From assembly GCF_001194135.2 (NCBI RefSeq), contig NC_068997.1, positions 40,248,131-40,312,130 of the forward strand: a stretch of 64,000 nt of DNA, in the 5' to 3' direction. This document shows positions 60,920 through 64,000 of this stretch, piece by piece. The translations under genes were made by a program, and so were the position numbers. Source of the stretch: Octopus bimaculoides (Eukaryota). How positions within the stretch are numbered: position 1 is the first letter of the stretch; each line of letters opens with the position of its first letter. The notes under the pieces were generated by a model. That model did no database searches and was not told where the DNA came from. It saw nothing but the letters and a program-made list of their open reading frames with translations.

Positions 60920-61211
60920 ACTGTAATTGAAATATTAATTGATCGAAATCTCTTGGTTCACTATGCTATATAAGCACCGAATTTACTTATATAGATTTTA
61001 TGCAGAATTTGTCCCTGAGTATATTTCTTTAGTTGTTATATCACTGATTCCGGTCACTTAACTATCAATATGTAAAGGAGACAGCAATCTAGTCAATTTT
61101 CCAATAGATCGAAAGTAGATAACCAGTAATAAGAACTACATTTTCTCACCTAAGAGCTCCCCAAATCGGCAGATTCTCTACTTCCTCCTCGTAAATATAT
61201 TGCAGGTATTT

Positions 61212-61430
61212 AAGGCGATGAGCTGGCATGAATCGTTAGCACGCCACGCAAAATGCTTAGCGGCATTTCGCCCTTCTTCACGTTCTGAGTTCAAATTCCA
61301 CCGAGGTCGACTTTACCTTTTATCTTTTCGGGGTTGATAAAATAAGTATCGGTCAAGCATTGGGGTCGATATAATCGATTTGCCCCCTCCTCCGAAATTG
61401 CTGGCTTTCTGCCAACATTTGAAATCAATA
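61212..61430 (+). mobile_element. SINE family A, full length
   Basis: AAGGCGATGAGCTGGCATGAATCGTTAGC head, GAGTTCAAATTCC B-box. Confidence 0.9.
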
Positions 61431-61710
61431 TATTGAAAGTATTTCTGATGAAAACGAATTAATATAAGGAAAGCAGTGTACTAATTTCATTGGAGATTTT
61501 CTAATGATATTACTATTTATGATTACATGTTTTTACTAATTATGCTGCCTTCTTCTATGTTATAAAATATAACATAGTATTAATACGTATACATACATAC
61601 ATACATACATANNNNNNNNNNNNNNNNNNNNNNNNNNNNNNNNNNNNNNNNNNNNNNNNNNNNNNNNNNNNNNNNNNNNNNNNNNNNNNNNNNNNNNNNN
61701 NNNNNNNNNN

Positions 61711-61745
<35 letters not shown>

Positions 61746-64000
61746 GTATACATACGCAAACATACATATAAATGAGTGAGGAAAATACCCAGGGACATAT
61801 GCTGCAGGAAAATTTTGCTGTAAAGTTCCAGTTTATTTTAAGTCTAGTTAGTTCAGAAGTAAAAATTAATTAAATACGCAATCCATATTTCGCAGTTTTC
61901 TTCCATGCATTTATTAACTAGAATTTGTTATTTAAATAATGATTTATTCACTTTACTTAGAGTTCACTTTGAATTAATCAATGTTACTGCCAACATTATA
62001 ATACATAACGAATATTAAGATATTTTCATTGCTCTGTGATCGACTATAGCATTAAGAGAAGTAGACAAATGAAGATATTGTCAAAAATGTAGTTTGGATA
62101 TCATTAAATCAGACATACATAAATGTATGTATACTTTAAATTGTTATAAAACAAATAAAATGTTACAGTCTGTTTTGTCAATAAAGGATACAGTCTGTGT
62201 CTCTTTAGAATGGCATACGTTCGTAGTTGCTCTTATTATCCAGGAAGAGTCATTAGATTTAATTTATAAAAGGAACGAAATAATGATAGAAAGAAAGTTT
62301 TTAAATATTGAAAGGAGTGTATTGCCTGGGTCCAAGAGGAAATTGAATTCTAACTATAGAATAATTAGAGAAAATATAGAAACAATTTTAAAATACTGAG
62401 GGTAACATTTTTTTATTACATTAAAACGTTTTCCTATTTCCAGTCTAATTTGTGAATGATGTAAGTCTCATGGCAGTTATGTGATTACAATTATCAATAC
62501 CTGCAATTTGAAATGTAGCAGAATGATCTTAGCTATTTGTGATTCTAATCAAAAGTTTGGCTAATTGAACAATGCAAAGGTCTTCAAGAAAGAATCAGAA
62601 TTTGCGATGGTGTGTTTAGTCTTATATTATTCACTGATGGAATGTGATCGGTTGTTTCGAAGATGGGGAAATTAAGTTGCCAAGATCCAAACGCAAAGAG
62701 AATTTAAAATTCAACTTTGTAAGGAATGTATGAGTGTGGAGAGAACTGTAATATTTTAAACTAGACAATATGGGTAAGAGAAACTATTGAAGAACGGCGA
62801 CATCGATGGCGTGTGAATGCGAAGTGAGTTAACACAAGTATAAAATATTTTAGGAGAGGTGACAATATTCTAATATCCTCATAGTTCATATAATATGAGA
62901 GATATCTATCATCACTAATTGAGATATGGTGTTGTCTTATTAGACAATTTCCAGGTTACGCAATTGTGTTATTGAACAGCTTTACAAACAAGATCCTCAA
63001 GCAGATTATGTATGGTCCATTTCACTAAACGAACGGCAGCAATTGTTTGCTCATTAAAGCTAACTACTTAATTTATTTCTTGGTTTTTACCAAACATCGT
63101 TTGTGTCATTAAGAACAAAATGGTTTATCGATATCCTTTACTTTCTTGTATCTCTATCAACTTATGGGCTTGAGTTTCTTATCTCTATTCTCTATCAAAT
63201 CTCCGTCTTCTTTACTTTTGTGGTCTTTTGAAATTCTGTTTGTCAGCTTCTTTTCTTCAACTGTTGTCACTCATCTTTGTGACGTGTCCAGCTCAATTCC
63301 ATTCCAATGACTTTCAACAATTAAGATAGAGAAATTAGTATCCATCGGATATCTTTGATGTATTTACAGAGATTCAGTCAAATTAATCTCTTCACTTTGA
63401 TTGACATATTAACTGTAGTTTTATGTAAACGACATAACATAGTGTTATCATGCTACTCAGATATGGCACTTGTTATATCTGATAAATTAAAGTATCTCTT
63501 ATTCTATATTACTATATCTTTGCTATATAATGTTACATGTGGTATGCTAACGCGATGCCATTGAATTTGGAATCTACTTTTTATTGCTATATAACCCACA
63601 CATCCCAACATCACGACTCTTCCCATCTCTTCTCAAACATTCCCACTCCACAGGCACCTTGCGTTCTTCACTAATTTTACCATCTATATACAAATTGGTA
63701 GAAAATCTATGAAAAATTACACACTTCAAAACACTATATTTGTGTTGTTACTGTTTTGCTGTTTTTAGTTGTAGTTTTTAACGATGAATGGATTGTGATG
63801 GCGACTGTAGAAGGGTAGCGGTGGCGGCGGAATCGGTGGTGGTGGTGGTGGCGTAAGTGGTGGTGATGGTGGGGGTTGGATGATGGTGGAGGTGTCTGTG
63901 GGGGATGTTGGCGATGTTGGCGATGTGGGCGTGGTGGTGGAGGAAGATATGGTGGTTGAAATGATTACCGTCGCAACTAATCAAGTCTTTGTTCTCTCTT

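Overview
AT-rich eukaryotic DNA, dense in microsatellites and SINEs, with 13 N-gaps (about 4.4 kb in total). The tRNA-derived SINE families look like those of octopod cephalopods (inference from family resemblance; no search was run). I found no intact host gene, and almost all ORFs in the supplied track are artefacts of repeats or gaps. Decayed mobile elements: an RTE-clade LINE RT, two hAT relics, a Gypsy integrase relic, a mariner derivative built from two inverted 5' ends and nested in a SINE, and a probable Penelope-like (PLE) relic. Two things stand out. (1) A tRNA-headed short element at 6294-6672 carries an intact minimal type I hammerhead ribozyme and a PLE-style inverted tail that begins at the predicted cleavage site. 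A second intact hammerhead lies at 40551-40605 and several relic motifs lie elsewhere. (2) At 15410-22340 three strongly diverged, same-orientation elements form a head-to-tail array; each encodes only a gag/ORF1-like zinc-knuckle protein, with no RT, and they are separated by a shared terminal segment. Coordinates of degenerate repeats are approximate (about +/-20 bp); identities were estimated by eye.
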